DNA of 64,000 nucleotides from Basidiobolus meristosporus CBS 931.73 (lineage: Eukaryota > Fungi > Basidiobolomycota), in assembly GCA_002104905.1 (NCBI GenBank), contig MCFE01000259.1, forward strand, positions 1 to 64,000, given 5' to 3'. Below, one piece after another: positions 11,293-23,631 of the stretch (positions are counted from its first letter, which is position 1; each line of letters opens with the position of its first letter). The position numbers were made by a program, and so were the translations under genes. The notes below the pieces were generated by a model. That model was not told where the DNA came from, did no database searches, and saw only the letters and a program-made list of their open reading frames with translations.

Positions 11293-13135
11293 AATAACCG
11301 AGGCCCATGTAATCAGGTCTATTCATCAGTTCAGCAGCCATTGATGCAAGCAATTGACTTTGAGATCGCTGTCGAGCATCAGCTCTATCTGAAACTCTAG
11401 GTCTTTCGTTTACCAACTCCCGCACTTCGCAAACGTAGTTGGAGAAAAGCACGAATACAATTCAAATAAATTGCTTGGGAAACCCATCACTGCTCTGTCT
11501 TTAATGATCCTTCACACCGAACCGCCAACCCTGTGATGAAAATCAACTTGGATTGTGCTTTCATCAGATCAAACGAACACGTATGTCTCAATCTTTTTTT
11601 CCGATTCAGCAGCCAGACACTTGTAAGACGGTTTCCTCTTTTGGCAAAGTTCTAGAAAACCAAGTTTGTTTTCTGCTGTTCTCAGGAGCTAGAGATATTG
11701 AATATCTGATTCAGGGAAGCGGCTAAAGTGATTTTCTAATACTTAATATTTGTTGTACAACATGGAAGAATGAAATGTTAGCACTTAGTGGAACATCAAG
11801 GAATGCATCGGGCTGAATACAAGTTATCCAAGAATAGATGCAGGTGAAGCGATTTAGGCAGATGAAACTATCAGTAAGTTGAACTCTCGAGGAATGGTTT
11901 TTCCTGACCAAGTCCACTCACCCGGTGTTCATTCAACCCGAAGCCCTAACTAGAGGAGCTGCATGTAGTGTAATATTTGTTGGCGATTGGTATTTCAGAA
12001 ATATTGGAGCCATTCCTACCATACCCAATGCAGAGCTTGATTAATACATATTACGTCTCTCCGCTAAATATGGCAATCATCTAGAAGGTGCAGAGAACAC
12101 CGATTGCTGCATGGAGTGTGCAATTGCCCTGAGCTTCGAGTTGTTGTCCTTCTTGCTGCAACCACTCATAGGTGGCATGCCGGTTGAGATAATTAAAAGC
12201 TTTTGTTAGCCGTATTTGTTGCGTTAGAATGTATTACCCATAGAAGTTACTTCATGGTATCTCAGCACTATCAACAGACCATAATCGCAGTAAATTTTCC
12301 GACTGTGATCACCTCATATCAATTTGTGTCCATTTGCGAATAACGTTTCCAGATTATTGCCAAAGTAGGAAGTCACATATTCCACCATCATAGTGATCTC
12401 TTCTTATTGGTGGGTTGTCATAGTGGGAAGATACGCTCCAAATACCATGGTCAACCTAACGGCCAGAGAAGCAAAGTGCACAATCCAGAAGGCTAAGCTC
12501 ATTGTATACGGCGTCCTCCCTTTCTTACCTAGGATCCGGTAACATTGCGGCTTGCTCCTTGGCCCCATTATCACTGAAAATTCAATCAACTCATTCTATT
12601 AACGATCAAACCATCACGTTGTGAAGCTAATATTATAGCGAATTCATGCAGACATGTCTCTCTTGCTGATTGGTTTCCAAATGAATTATCACCATCTTTC
12701 ATTTGTGGAGCAAAACCATGAACGTGACACGAATCACTTAATATGCAAGTGTTCCAAACGTTCTAGAAGGTTTTTCTCCTCAGCATTCTCCCAGTATGAT
12801 GGAAAGGATGACATTGATATCAACCGAGTTTGCTTGAGAGTGATCAAAAAAGGAAATCCGATGGAATGAACTCCTAGCTCAGAGAAGAAAACAGATTAGA
12901 GTTATTGGGGAGTGTAGGGGTGAGTTTGGAATTAGTATGTCACTCGACAGGTGGGGTATTATACAGTGATGAATTTCCTGATATGTAGGACCACGAAATG
13001 AATAAAAGCCACTTGATCCCTCCTTATTTCTTCGCTCCACCCTTTCTGCTTGTGCATCTGCTTTCTATTAGGGCATTACAACAAGACAGCCTAGCTTTTG
13101 CGTTTTCCATCAATCCCAGGTCACGTATCCCAAGT

Positions 13136-14568
13136 ATGGTTGAGTTATCTCAATGTGTTGTGGAGCAGGTTAGCGACATCGAGAAATATGAGATCGAAAA
13201 CACAACAACCATTGAAAGCAAGCCCAGAGTCGCGGTAATAGGAACTGGCTGGTTTGGCCGAGCGATTGCGAAACGTTTATTGAATAACGGCTTTGACGTC
13301 TATTTGGCATCCCGCAACCCTGGACAAGTGGGATTTGAGTTACCCTGCGAACCGACCACATATGACAAGGCTCTCGAAGCTTGCCATATAGTCTTCTTGT
13401 GTATACCTTGGGTAGCTCACCTGTCTTTTGCGACAGAATTTGAGCAATTGCTCCGAACTAAAACTGTGGTGGATATTGCTAATCCGGGTGCTGTCCACAG
13501 TGGTACCAAGCTGGGGATATCGATTGCCGAACGGCTTCAAAGATCGCTTCCTGGTGCATTGGTGGTTAAGGGCTTCAATACTATATCCGCCTACTCTATG
13601 GGCAATGATATAAAAGGACTCAATCGAGAAGTGTGCCTATGCTCGGATTACCCCGAGGCGCTGAAAGAAATAAGCTCCCTGACAAGAACTCTCGGGTAAC
13701 CAGTTTCTTTCGTAGGTATTTTCCAATCGATATTTACTGAGTCTTCCGTGATCTAGGTACATCCCTGTTGACTCCGGTACATTGTCTCAAGCCAGAATTG
13801 TCGAGGCAATTCCATTGGCTTTATTTGAGGAGTGGCACCAACCAACTATTTTTGTATTCATACTGCTCTTCTTCTTCATATTCTATAATATCCTATCGGA
13901 GCAGTTGGTGAAGAACGTTAGCTGGGCAGTATTTCCGTTACACGTAAGACTCACTTGAATTTCACTTGGTGATGGCGTATGCTGATTACGGTTTGCAATA
14001 GAATATGAACTCGATATTTGCCAGCACCTCGATGAATTTATTTGCAGTGGCCAATCTAGCTGGATGTATTGCCAATGTCATTCAGCTTTGGACTGGAACC
14101 GCACAGCAACAATTTTCGCCATGGCTAGCAAGCTGGTTGAATCATCGTAAACAGCTTGGACTTTATGGGTTCATGTTTTTGACCATGCACCTGTTCATGT
14201 CGTTCAACACGTCGTTCACTCTATTCCCCAAGATGAACGGTTTGCAGGAGAGCTCTTTCTTGGTGGCCAACATCAGCACGATCATGTTCTGTGTAATGTG
14301 CATCACTTCTTTACCAAGCGTCGGCAACAGCTTAAGTTGGAGAGAATGGAGATTTGTTCAGTCTTGGATGGGATGGGCTGCTTTAACCACCGGGTTTGCG
14401 CACGATTTGATGCTTGTCGCTCCCCTTTGGAAAACAAACACCGTGAAAAACGTACCGCCGATATCCGTCATAGCAAGTATCTTGCCAACTCTAACCTTAG
14501 CGACCAAGTTGGTTTTACTCCTGCCGTTCGTTCAGAGTAAACTAAACCGGGTCCAGCGCGGGAACTGA
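13136..14568 (+). CDS. STEAP-family metalloreductase 2, tandem paralog, 3 exons
   Basis: Exons 13136-13695, 13757-13943, 14002-14568. Same motifs (VIGTGWFGR, KGFNTISAY, RKQLGLYGF, LSWREWRFVQSWMG) and the same two intron positions and phases as copy 1. Confidence 0.88.
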
Positions 14569-15807
14569 GGCACGAATCCATTCCAGCTCTGTAGAGCGTA
14601 TCTGTTACAGAACGAGGGATAACTAGGGAGACGTGGGTTTTCAATACATTGACGTCGCACACTCAATTCAGTGGTATTCTGGGTCCGTCTTGATCAGATT
14701 GGATTTTAATATTTCGATAGCATCATTCTTTTTACGTTCGTTTTAGTAAACAGTAGGTATCGGCCTAATCATACTTTTGTCATTGTAAACCCCCAAATAT
14801 GTGTATCATGCACATTCTATGCGACATCTATTCTCTCAGTGATCTCCGTAGCGGATATCCATACGTAAACATTGACACATTGTAAATAAATCGCCTAACC
14901 AAGCCACCCACTGTGACTATGCCATGTCGCGAGACATACAGAAATCATCTTTCTAGGCTGGTATTGGAATCGATTTGTGGAGGAGTTCGAGACACTAACA
15001 TTGTGGGAACCCGAAATCAAGCTATACCTGCTCTACGAGCATGGATTAGTATAGATTGCGCAGTCATCCCGCAGTTTTAATGTAACGGAGCCAACCGCTT
15101 ACGGGGATCATGAGCCATAGCCTAAAGTTGGTACAAATCCTACAGCCGGTTTGTATATATGCTAGGCTGACCTAATGTGACCGTTCAATGGCTAACCACA
15201 GAGCTTCTTAGGCCAGCAAATACGTTGCCATGGTGCGCCGGTATCTTGGAGATAAATCACCTTTAGCATCGAAGCTTCCTCTTGCCTATCCTCAATGGGA
15301 TTGGGCGGTCTTTGGGTGTGTCTGAACACCTTATGGCCACTGGTCCGCATTCTGATTTCACTCAGAGGACTCTGTACTACAGGGTGGTTGACGAATCAGC
15401 GGCCAAAGCCCAAGTAGGGGCCACTTCCCAATCGGAGTATGTAGGGAATGCACCTTCACAATATCCAAAAACTATAAGACGCATTGGATCAGGCAAATGG
15501 TAATCTGCAGCCATAGATCGGTCAAGTTTCTGATTGGGTTGTGGGCAATAAAATGCATCGTGAAATAATTGTGTGCTCTCGATTGATACATCTTGTACTA
15601 GTATTGTCGGAAGGCTTGTGGGGATCCGTGTGTATCTTCAGAACAGCCGAGCTGGTTTTGAAAAGGACATCTGGCTACAGCCACGAACTAACTCACTTTC
15701 GTCCTTTGCGAAAATCTAGTCAGAGGGAAAATGGCCAAATACACGAGGTAATTTAATTGCATATAGAGTAGGCGAAACGAGCGTGAGTTTTTGAGTGCAC
15801 TCATTGT

Positions 15808-16263
15808 TTACAAAAACGAGTCGATAAACAGCCCTAGTATACACACAAGGCCGATGGACCAAACTGCGGATCGAGTCGAGCTGTAATCAAAAATATAAAG
15901 AAAGGGATACACCGCTCGAACAGCTACAAACAAAATACAAAACACAACCCCCGCGGTGGAGCCAGCATTGCCAAGCAGATGTACAAGAGCAGCTGTACTG
16001 AAAAATCCGAATGCTTCGAATGTGTTGTTGTTACAGGCTACGGCACGACTACCCCAACCTTTCTATAAGCCTAGTCAGTAAGCGACCTAGTGAACGATTG
16101 CCAGAATACCCACCATATTAGTATATTGCTTTCGGGGATCCGAATTATCAAGGCCAGCACGGTATTGTGCCAATCGCACGGGGATCAGCGTCAAAAACCA
16201 TATCAGGAATACGGCAAAGATGCATCCCATGTGTATATTAAGCTCATTGGTTGCGAAGCTCAT
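15808..16263 (-). CDS. MAPEG-family membrane protein (134 aa), 2 exons
   Basis: Exon 1 16263-16114, 51-nt intron, exon 2 16062-15808. DNSDPR..KGWGSRAVACNNNTFEAFGFF..FVAVRAVYPFLYIFD..RSAVWSIG matches the MAPEG pattern. Confidence 0.8.
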
Positions 16264-18963
16264 CTGGATATAGGTGAGTGTATAACGGCCAGAGGAAGAG
16301 TTGCTCAAGCGATTGCTTGTGGGTGGGCTTTATACGTCTGAAGGACGGACCTAATTGGAGTTGCAATTAATTTCGAATGCATGCATCACCTCCATGTGAT
16401 TGAGGTAATAGGCATCTGGATCGGTGAATTCCAGTCGATATTCCAGCCAATATTGCTGTTATCTATTTGCATAGACTAAGAAGCGCATATTCAAGGTTAT
16501 GTAATTTGTACCAGCAGATGTTGATGCGATTTGTATTAGTTACTGGTATTGAGCTAATTTGCGGTACACGAGTATCTGAATCCCATATACAGCGCGAACT
16601 GCGGATCCTACGAACTACAGCATAGAATGTCTTTGGGTAGCTATCATTAGCGAGAATGCTCATTGCGCGGAATGGCTTTTTCTTCCTGTGCATTGGTTAA
16701 CCACATGTCACACTGAGAAACCGACCCCTTATTGTCAAATTGATAGCTATCAACCGTATGGATGATTGAATAGTATGCGAGAGGGAGCACTATTTTCGAT
16801 GCTGTAGATCTGACCAACCTTTCCCTATCCAAAGTGATCGTAACTTCTGCAAGGCTTCTTGCCGTTTAGGCTAGATATCACATATCCGCTAGTATTAATT
16901 GCCTTCATTGGCCATAGCCCCCTTTCATGCAGCCAAGCATACACTCAATATGGGATGGTGATGCGTAGTATCCTGCCATTGTGGGGTAGCTAGGACAGCA
17001 GAGCCTAGAATATGGTCACTAGTGGCTGTTGACCAACGAGGTATGGAGGGCGCAGGCACCTCTGCCATTTCTCAAAGTCGGTGATTGCACAGTCCCCATT
17101 TTGAGCCACATACTTGAGCTTCACCCAACGATAGTGGGAATCATCTTGCAAATTTACTGTTGCTACTATTTGTCGTAAGCCTGGTTGATTCAGGATTATG
17201 TGCTGGTTAATATTTGCACAGAGCTCTATGGCTTTAGAGAATTGTGTAGCTGTGCATAATGGAGGAAACTCTCACTCCAATGCATATTTGGACGTTAGAC
17301 CGATCAATAAATACTGCACATTCTGCCGATCTGAAAACACTACCCCCTCCCCAGGCCAACGAAAAATAGAACCGTATTCTGTCATGTGAATGATGATGAT
17401 GCACCTTCTGCTTCAACTTTGAGTCATGCACTATGAATCCAGAACTAGAAGAGTGAGACAACCATGACCCCTGAGTTGGCTGTATATCGTCATGTGATGC
17501 TAAAACCACAGCGCCATCAGAGCTATGGTCTCACCATCATTTCCTAAAAGCTTTTTCCATCATCAACTGCAGTTACACCCAACCAGCCATTGTTTGCTGT
17601 GAGTCCACCTGGGGTTCACTTCAAGATTTTTTCAGGCAAGGTCAGCTAGATGACAATGATGGAAACTTACAATTTTCGCTACCCCGTCTGTTTCGAAGAT
17701 GTTGCGTTGTGGGAAGTAATAGAATGCAATTATCACCTCGGTGTAAAACGGCACTCAGCTAATCGAATCAATTTCGATTGCCAAGGGATATCCTAACTCT
17801 GTATCTGGCACAACTGCAAGCCTTACAATCGCCCACATGACGAAAGAACAAATACTCGTCCACTTCTCCTGGATCGATTATTCCACTGGTTTGGGCCGGT
17901 GAATCAACGCAGTTGGCAAAATTACTGGCCCTGCAGCGGGCAAGGAACGATATAACTTAGTTGTACTTCAGCTTTTTACTTGATTACTTACGGGTCATGA
18001 GTCAGTAGTTTTACTCTAGCCATTAGATGGAGGACCCTTTCTGCATGGGGTTTATTTGGCCACTTTCATTGCTTGCTATACCATCTCACTTAGAATTTGT
18101 TGGTGAAATCTGAAGCGTATCCTTAGGAAAACAGACAATCAGCATGTTTAGTATACTTATGGTACATCTAGTCAGCTGTACTGCGACACAGTGTCCCCAG
18201 TATTGTAATTCCAATTATGCCCACCATGGAAGTCTAAACCTCCTTTGGTGTAGCCATTTACTTGGGATCATATTCTGATGCCTGCAATACATAGTGAATT
18301 AACATTACGAAAATATCTTTGCATAGTGTTATCTTTCATGTACATTTTTTGGTAGAGTATAGTTGATAGACATCCATATTACTAAAATACTGGAACCTCG
18401 TGTACCAGCGTACATTCAGTTTTGAAAAATCATCCATGTCAATGAAACTACCATTGACCCTGAATGAACATTTGATGATGGACCGCACATACTATAAAGG
18501 ATGTTTTTGGCAAGTTACCGTTTATGCTGATGACACTTTAGTTTGCACAGTTCAGTAATTCTTTATTTTATGCTTTAGTACAAACCTGGCCCTGGTTTGA
18601 TTCAAATCATGATTATTTTTGCAAGTAAAATACCAACCACTAATATTATGCAGTAAGCTAACTGATTGTGAGGATAATGAAGACATTGGAGGTGGTTAGG
18701 AGATAAGTAGATTCTGATATTCGCACTTTATGGGTCATCAAATGTCAAAGTTCCCTACGAAAAATGTCAAACTTGTATTTCTTGTGATATTTTGCTGGTA
18801 TTCTGCCGGTGTAATGCTGGTATTTTTCAGTCAACTTTTGAAGTGTAAATATCTATGAAGTCAGTGAGCTGGCTATTACTGTCTCTGGTGTAAGGATTGC
18901 AAAAAACTTTCTACAACATATGTCTATTTGTCCTCCAGAAGGCTAGAACTTCTAATAATGAAA

Positions 18964-19283
18964 GTTGTAACCAAGGAAACATGAGATTCCATTGGTTTTT
19001 TGCTATTATGCTTCTGGTCTTTGATAAGTTATTTCATACGGGTAGTGTGTATACTTTACAATGTCTTCGCAAAATAAGCAACCTTAACATGTTTAGGATG
19101 GTCCCAAGATCATGTGTGCAAGGTTTGTGGTCTTTCGGACAATTCTGAGAAATATCATGGTCTACGAGCATTGTTTTTTCTTGACAATTCTGTTTTGAAC
19201 CTACTCAGGATATTTACACTAAAATGTCAGATAGCCAGAGTAAGTTAATGTAGCATTTAGGTGTAAATACAATATCCACAACA
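18964..19283 (-). mobile_element. Degenerate solo LTR of the copia family below
   Basis: Colinear similarity to LTR 30997-31345 (gtcccaagatcatgtgtgcaaggtttg; tttaggtgtaaatacaatatccacaaca). Left boundary approximate. Confidence 0.65.
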
Positions 19284-19289
19284 GTTCGC

Positions 19290-19552
19290 GGGCCCTTCCT
19301 AAACATGTTCTACCTTTTTATCTTGCCAAAACATTGCAAAGGCATAAATACGTTTGGTCATTCATTAAGTGGGAATATCGGAATCTACTTGTTCTCCCAA
19401 TCGCTTTCAATATCTACTAAATCGTCACAATAAGAACATGGGTGCGAGGCTTGAGGGCTTTTGAGCAAATTTCAGGTCAGGGAATAAACAACTTCATAGA
19501 CTAGGATCTAAGTGATCAAGTCAATTTTTAGGTGTAAAAACAATATTCACAG
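19290..19552. mobile_element. Rearranged LTR relic (one half inverted)
   Basis: 19382-19415 is close to the reverse complement of agatattggaagtgatttggagaacaagtagatt, while 19432-19552 matches the other LTR half in direct orientation. Confidence 0.6.
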
Positions 19553-22500
19553 TGCTTGGAGTGATCTGAAAGTACAGGTGGAAAGTGTAATTGTTACTTG
19601 TTGATTTGGTGAGTGCAAGTAAAGTATTTAATTAAGTTGGTAGGAGGTCCTATAAGCAGTGACAAGAATGCTTTGACGAAGCTCTCCAGAAGCTAAGTCT
19701 AAATTTCAAGCATATATGGCTTTAAGGACTCCAACAAATCGAAGAATTGGTCGGTATCTTACACACTACATCTAAAGGCAAGGTTTTCGATTCTAATGAT
19801 AGACCAAGTGTAAACTCCTGTTGTATGAATAGTTCGGACGTTAAGTTAAGTTACTGATTGCAATAGGTCATACCGCAGATTTGTCGGCTAATAATCCGCT
19901 AATTAATGCGGTGTTCATCCAAAGTTCTAGTCCTAAGCTCTTCATAATCGTCCTCTACTTGGCTCAACACTACATCATTTTTTGGAGGTACTTGAAAATG
20001 TTTTGAAATGTCACTTCAACTTGTCAATTAATAGAGTAAAAGCAATATAAATTCTCTTTGATATCATTTCATGCAACCGACTGCAGAACCACATTGCGTG
20101 AAGCCTTGGATAGACGCAGTGTCCGAAGTGTTTGGCGATTCTGAAATCTACCTCCTCCGAATTATTAGATGTGTTATGAAAATGGTTTCAAAAATAGACT
20201 GCATAGTAGTTTATTAATATCGAGTACTGTTTGGTGTTTGCCAACTTTAATGCATGTAGGATTCTCTCTGCAGCATTAGTTGCATGAAGTTCTCAAAATT
20301 ATCCATTGAACCATCCACTCCACCTTATGACCATTTGCAGTAAAGCTCAAAGCTTAAACGATTTGAACTTACGGACATAGCATATATGGTACTGCCCTAA
20401 CTGATCCTATTGATTTGGCAATGTTTGGGGCTTGCAGTACGGACACCATTCTGTCTATACAATATGTACATATTTAAAAAGCGGCCATGCACCAGCCTAT
20501 GGAATTCCACCTCATGTGCGAAACTTCACGTACCATTTTGTAACCTGAGTACCTTGATAATCCCCACACTCGACCTCTGGAAGCAGTTGAATTCCAACTT
20601 ATTTCAGATTAATGAGCCTACTGGCAATTTCCAGGCAGTCTGAAATATACCCTTTTCGACATATGGATTATCCAGAAACCTATCGATCAGAAAGATCATA
20701 CTGGGTCACTGGCTCAACTGGCACTTATTTGGACAGAATTTCGTTTGACAAAAAATATTGAAGATTATAATCAGAAGCACTGTACTGCATATCCAACTAG
20801 CAATAACTCTCCACGACCACACCAAGTATAGCTCACAACTTGGCTGATAGATGAGCAACCGCTGTACTCGTGCAGGAAACAATGAATACTTATTTGCACT
20901 TCTCGTGGGAAATTCAACGGGATTTCCTCCATGTCCGCTCAGTGAGAAAGATGCAGTCAACAAGATCATCAAAATAGTAGAGACTTTTCGGAGGCGCAAC
21001 ACTGGTATTCCCCGCATCTGAATTTTTAAGAGCTTGTCGTAACACTGGTAAACCAGATTTTGCAACAATAAATCACTGTGTACTTCGTGTACCAATAGGC
21101 TTAAACTGGAAGTATCCGGTTGCTTGTGTGCTCTACATATTAATGCGCTTGAGGAGTTCTTACGGTTATAGGAAGGTTGTGTCTTTTTCACACTATCCAG
21201 TATGTTGATATCACTTGCTCGGGAATTTGTCCATGCCATGTACCATCGACCTACAGAACTTCTGGTGATAGTATTTGTGCTCATTACTACGGCAGTAAAT
21301 ACAATTGTACCACTCTCTTGCCCAATCTGAGCCTCAGGACAATCCCGACAGCCCGCTCACTGTATTCCCGCTGACCCTGAATTGCCAGTCCACTCGAAGT
21401 GCGCGCCTCACTTGGGATTATGTTTACCACAAGATCCATTAGCTTTGCATGCACTATAAACAGAAATGAATTGGTCTGCAGAGAAGTTTATCCATCTCGC
21501 ATGGAATATCGTTGCCATCCACAGCCGCTTATTCTAAAATGAAATATCTACGGTGATCCTGATGCAGGCCTGTACCATGCACATCTGTACCCATGCTAAA
21601 TCGGCCTTGGCAGAACTTCACCCATGAACCCTCCACCGGTGCCCTCCCTCATTGCCATTGGCTCAAGAGTAAAAGCTTGGTCCTTGGATCTCGTTGGTTC
21701 CTTAATCCAGTTCAAAACCAACAATCTGAATAGCTCTCCTGACTTTATCCGTGTTGAATGCACGATGTTCATCTACCTGTATGTCGCCACGCCAATAAAC
21801 TAACCCTAAGGTCACATGACCGCAACTCTATCTCATCTCCTGACATCAGCCGATATCACCCTATTGGCTCACGATTGGTGGTGTGCTATGTAGCAGGTTC
21901 AAAGAGCTAGCAGGTTTGCGTGCACTCCAGTCAAACCAGCATTTCCACCAACACCAGCTCAAACCCACATGTGTACATTGTGCTGTGGTAGTGGTCATTT
22001 TTAGTCTAGACAGCGACACCTCTAGCTCTAGTGGGCATCATTCGATACATGAGCGAATCATTCAATTGGTCCTCATCGTATAGAAAGGTCGATAAATGCC
22101 CAATAAATGTCCGTGTAACATGCATATATCCCCTCTTGAACGGTGGTAAAAACCGTTAGAACACTGTAGCCACTGGACAAACAGGAATGAGGTTGGATTT
22201 GGTGCATTATTGCTTTCTGCACCCACCAATCTCTCCTCCCTTGCTGTCCCTCCACAGCTAAACCATGCACCCGCATTCACTATGGATCAGACAGCTTGTG
22301 AACATTTCGGTTACTTAAACCATAATTAATGGCCAATCCATCTCTAACGAATGTGTGAAACCTCATTTGTTCCTTATTTCCCAGTATTATCACACAAACG
22401 GATCTTCTTAAAACTCATTGACTCGATTATTTGGTAGAATAGCTACTTGAATCGAACAAATCAATTGGTAATAAAGCCTACCATCTATCTGGCTCCAATT

Positions 22501-22760
22501 TAAAGTAATCTCTTGATTCAGATCATAGATTTATCTAGTCATGTCCCTTTTATCTACCCATATCAAGTAATAGTGGCTCTCGCTTAAAGCCCTTTGTCTC
22601 CTAGTCCAAACTTCTTTTCTTCTACTTATTCGAGGTTTCCTGTTCAGCTTTTCTCCTTGTCACAGTTTCCCATTCGAGTCTTTTTCCAAATTCCCTTGTC
22701 GCAATCGATACACACACATATATTTCCACAACCTAGCAAACTTTGTTCCACCAGTATATC

Positions 22761-23631
22761 ATGGCTGCCAAGGTTCATAGAGAATACAAATTGGTCGTTG
22801 TTGGTGGTGGCGGTTAGTACCAAGCTCCGTATATACATCCAGGTCGTACGCTCAACTAGCTAACGCTTTTCTTGACTTTTCTAGGTGTTGGCAAATCTGC
22901 CTTGACCATCCAATTCATCCAGTCCCACTTCGTGGACGAATATGATCCAACCATCGAAGGTATGTTTATCTTTGAGGAGATTCGTTTCATTTACTAATTG
23001 TGGATTTTTTTTCCAGATTCTTACCGCAAGCAATGTATGATTGACGACGAGATTTCCATGCTTGATGTTCTTGACACTGCTGGTCAAGAGGAATACAAGT
23101 AAGCTTTCACAGAATATCGTGTGAGACTCCTTCCCCCTGACAGTCAAAAATCAATAGCGCCATGAGAGAGCAATACATGCGCACTGGTGAAGGATTTCTG
23201 CTGGTTTACAGCATAACCTCCAGAAATTCTTTCGAAGAAATAAGCACCTTCCAACAGCAGATTCTACGTGTCAACGACGTTGACTATTTCCCTATCATTA
23301 TCGTCGCAAACAAATGTGATCTAGAGAGTGAACGACAAGTGTCTTCCCAAGGTTTGGCATAGCTTCAACAAACAAGAGTGCGACCTTATATTTACTTTCA
23401 TTCCGTACTTCAGAGGGCAAAGACCTGGCTCGACAATTCGGCTGCCCTTTCATCGAGACATCCGCCAAGCAGAGGATAAATGTCGATGAAGCGTTCTATG
23501 ACATTGTTCGTGAAATCCGCAAGTTTAACCGGGAATCTCAAAGCGGGAACGGTGTGAACGGAGTTACTGGCGGCAACCAGTACAGCGGGGAAGAGTCTGG
23601 AGGAGGAGGCTGCTGTTGTATGATCATGTAA
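22761..23631 (+). CDS. ras1: Ras GTPase (fungal Ras1-type), 5 exons
   Basis: [56 protein letters not shown]-terminal CCCMIM CAAX box; four GT-AG introns. Confidence 0.95.

Noticed and set aside
17000-17260. Open minus-strand frame (ATQFSKAIELCANINQH..WVKLKYVAQNGDC..)
   Set aside because: No start, no supported splice model and no recognisable motif.
18511-18546. VTVYADDTLVC, an RT-like YADD motif in a CpG-poor stretch
   Set aside because: No other RT motifs recoverable nearby; may be an ancient LINE trace but unsupported.
20706-21284. 192-aa minus-strand ORF
   Set aside because: No recognisable domain, splice context or paralog; cannot support as a gene.
23090-23165. Ras switch II reads EEYNAM instead of EEYSAM
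   Set aside because: Depends on my splice call, and this position varies among Ras-family members.
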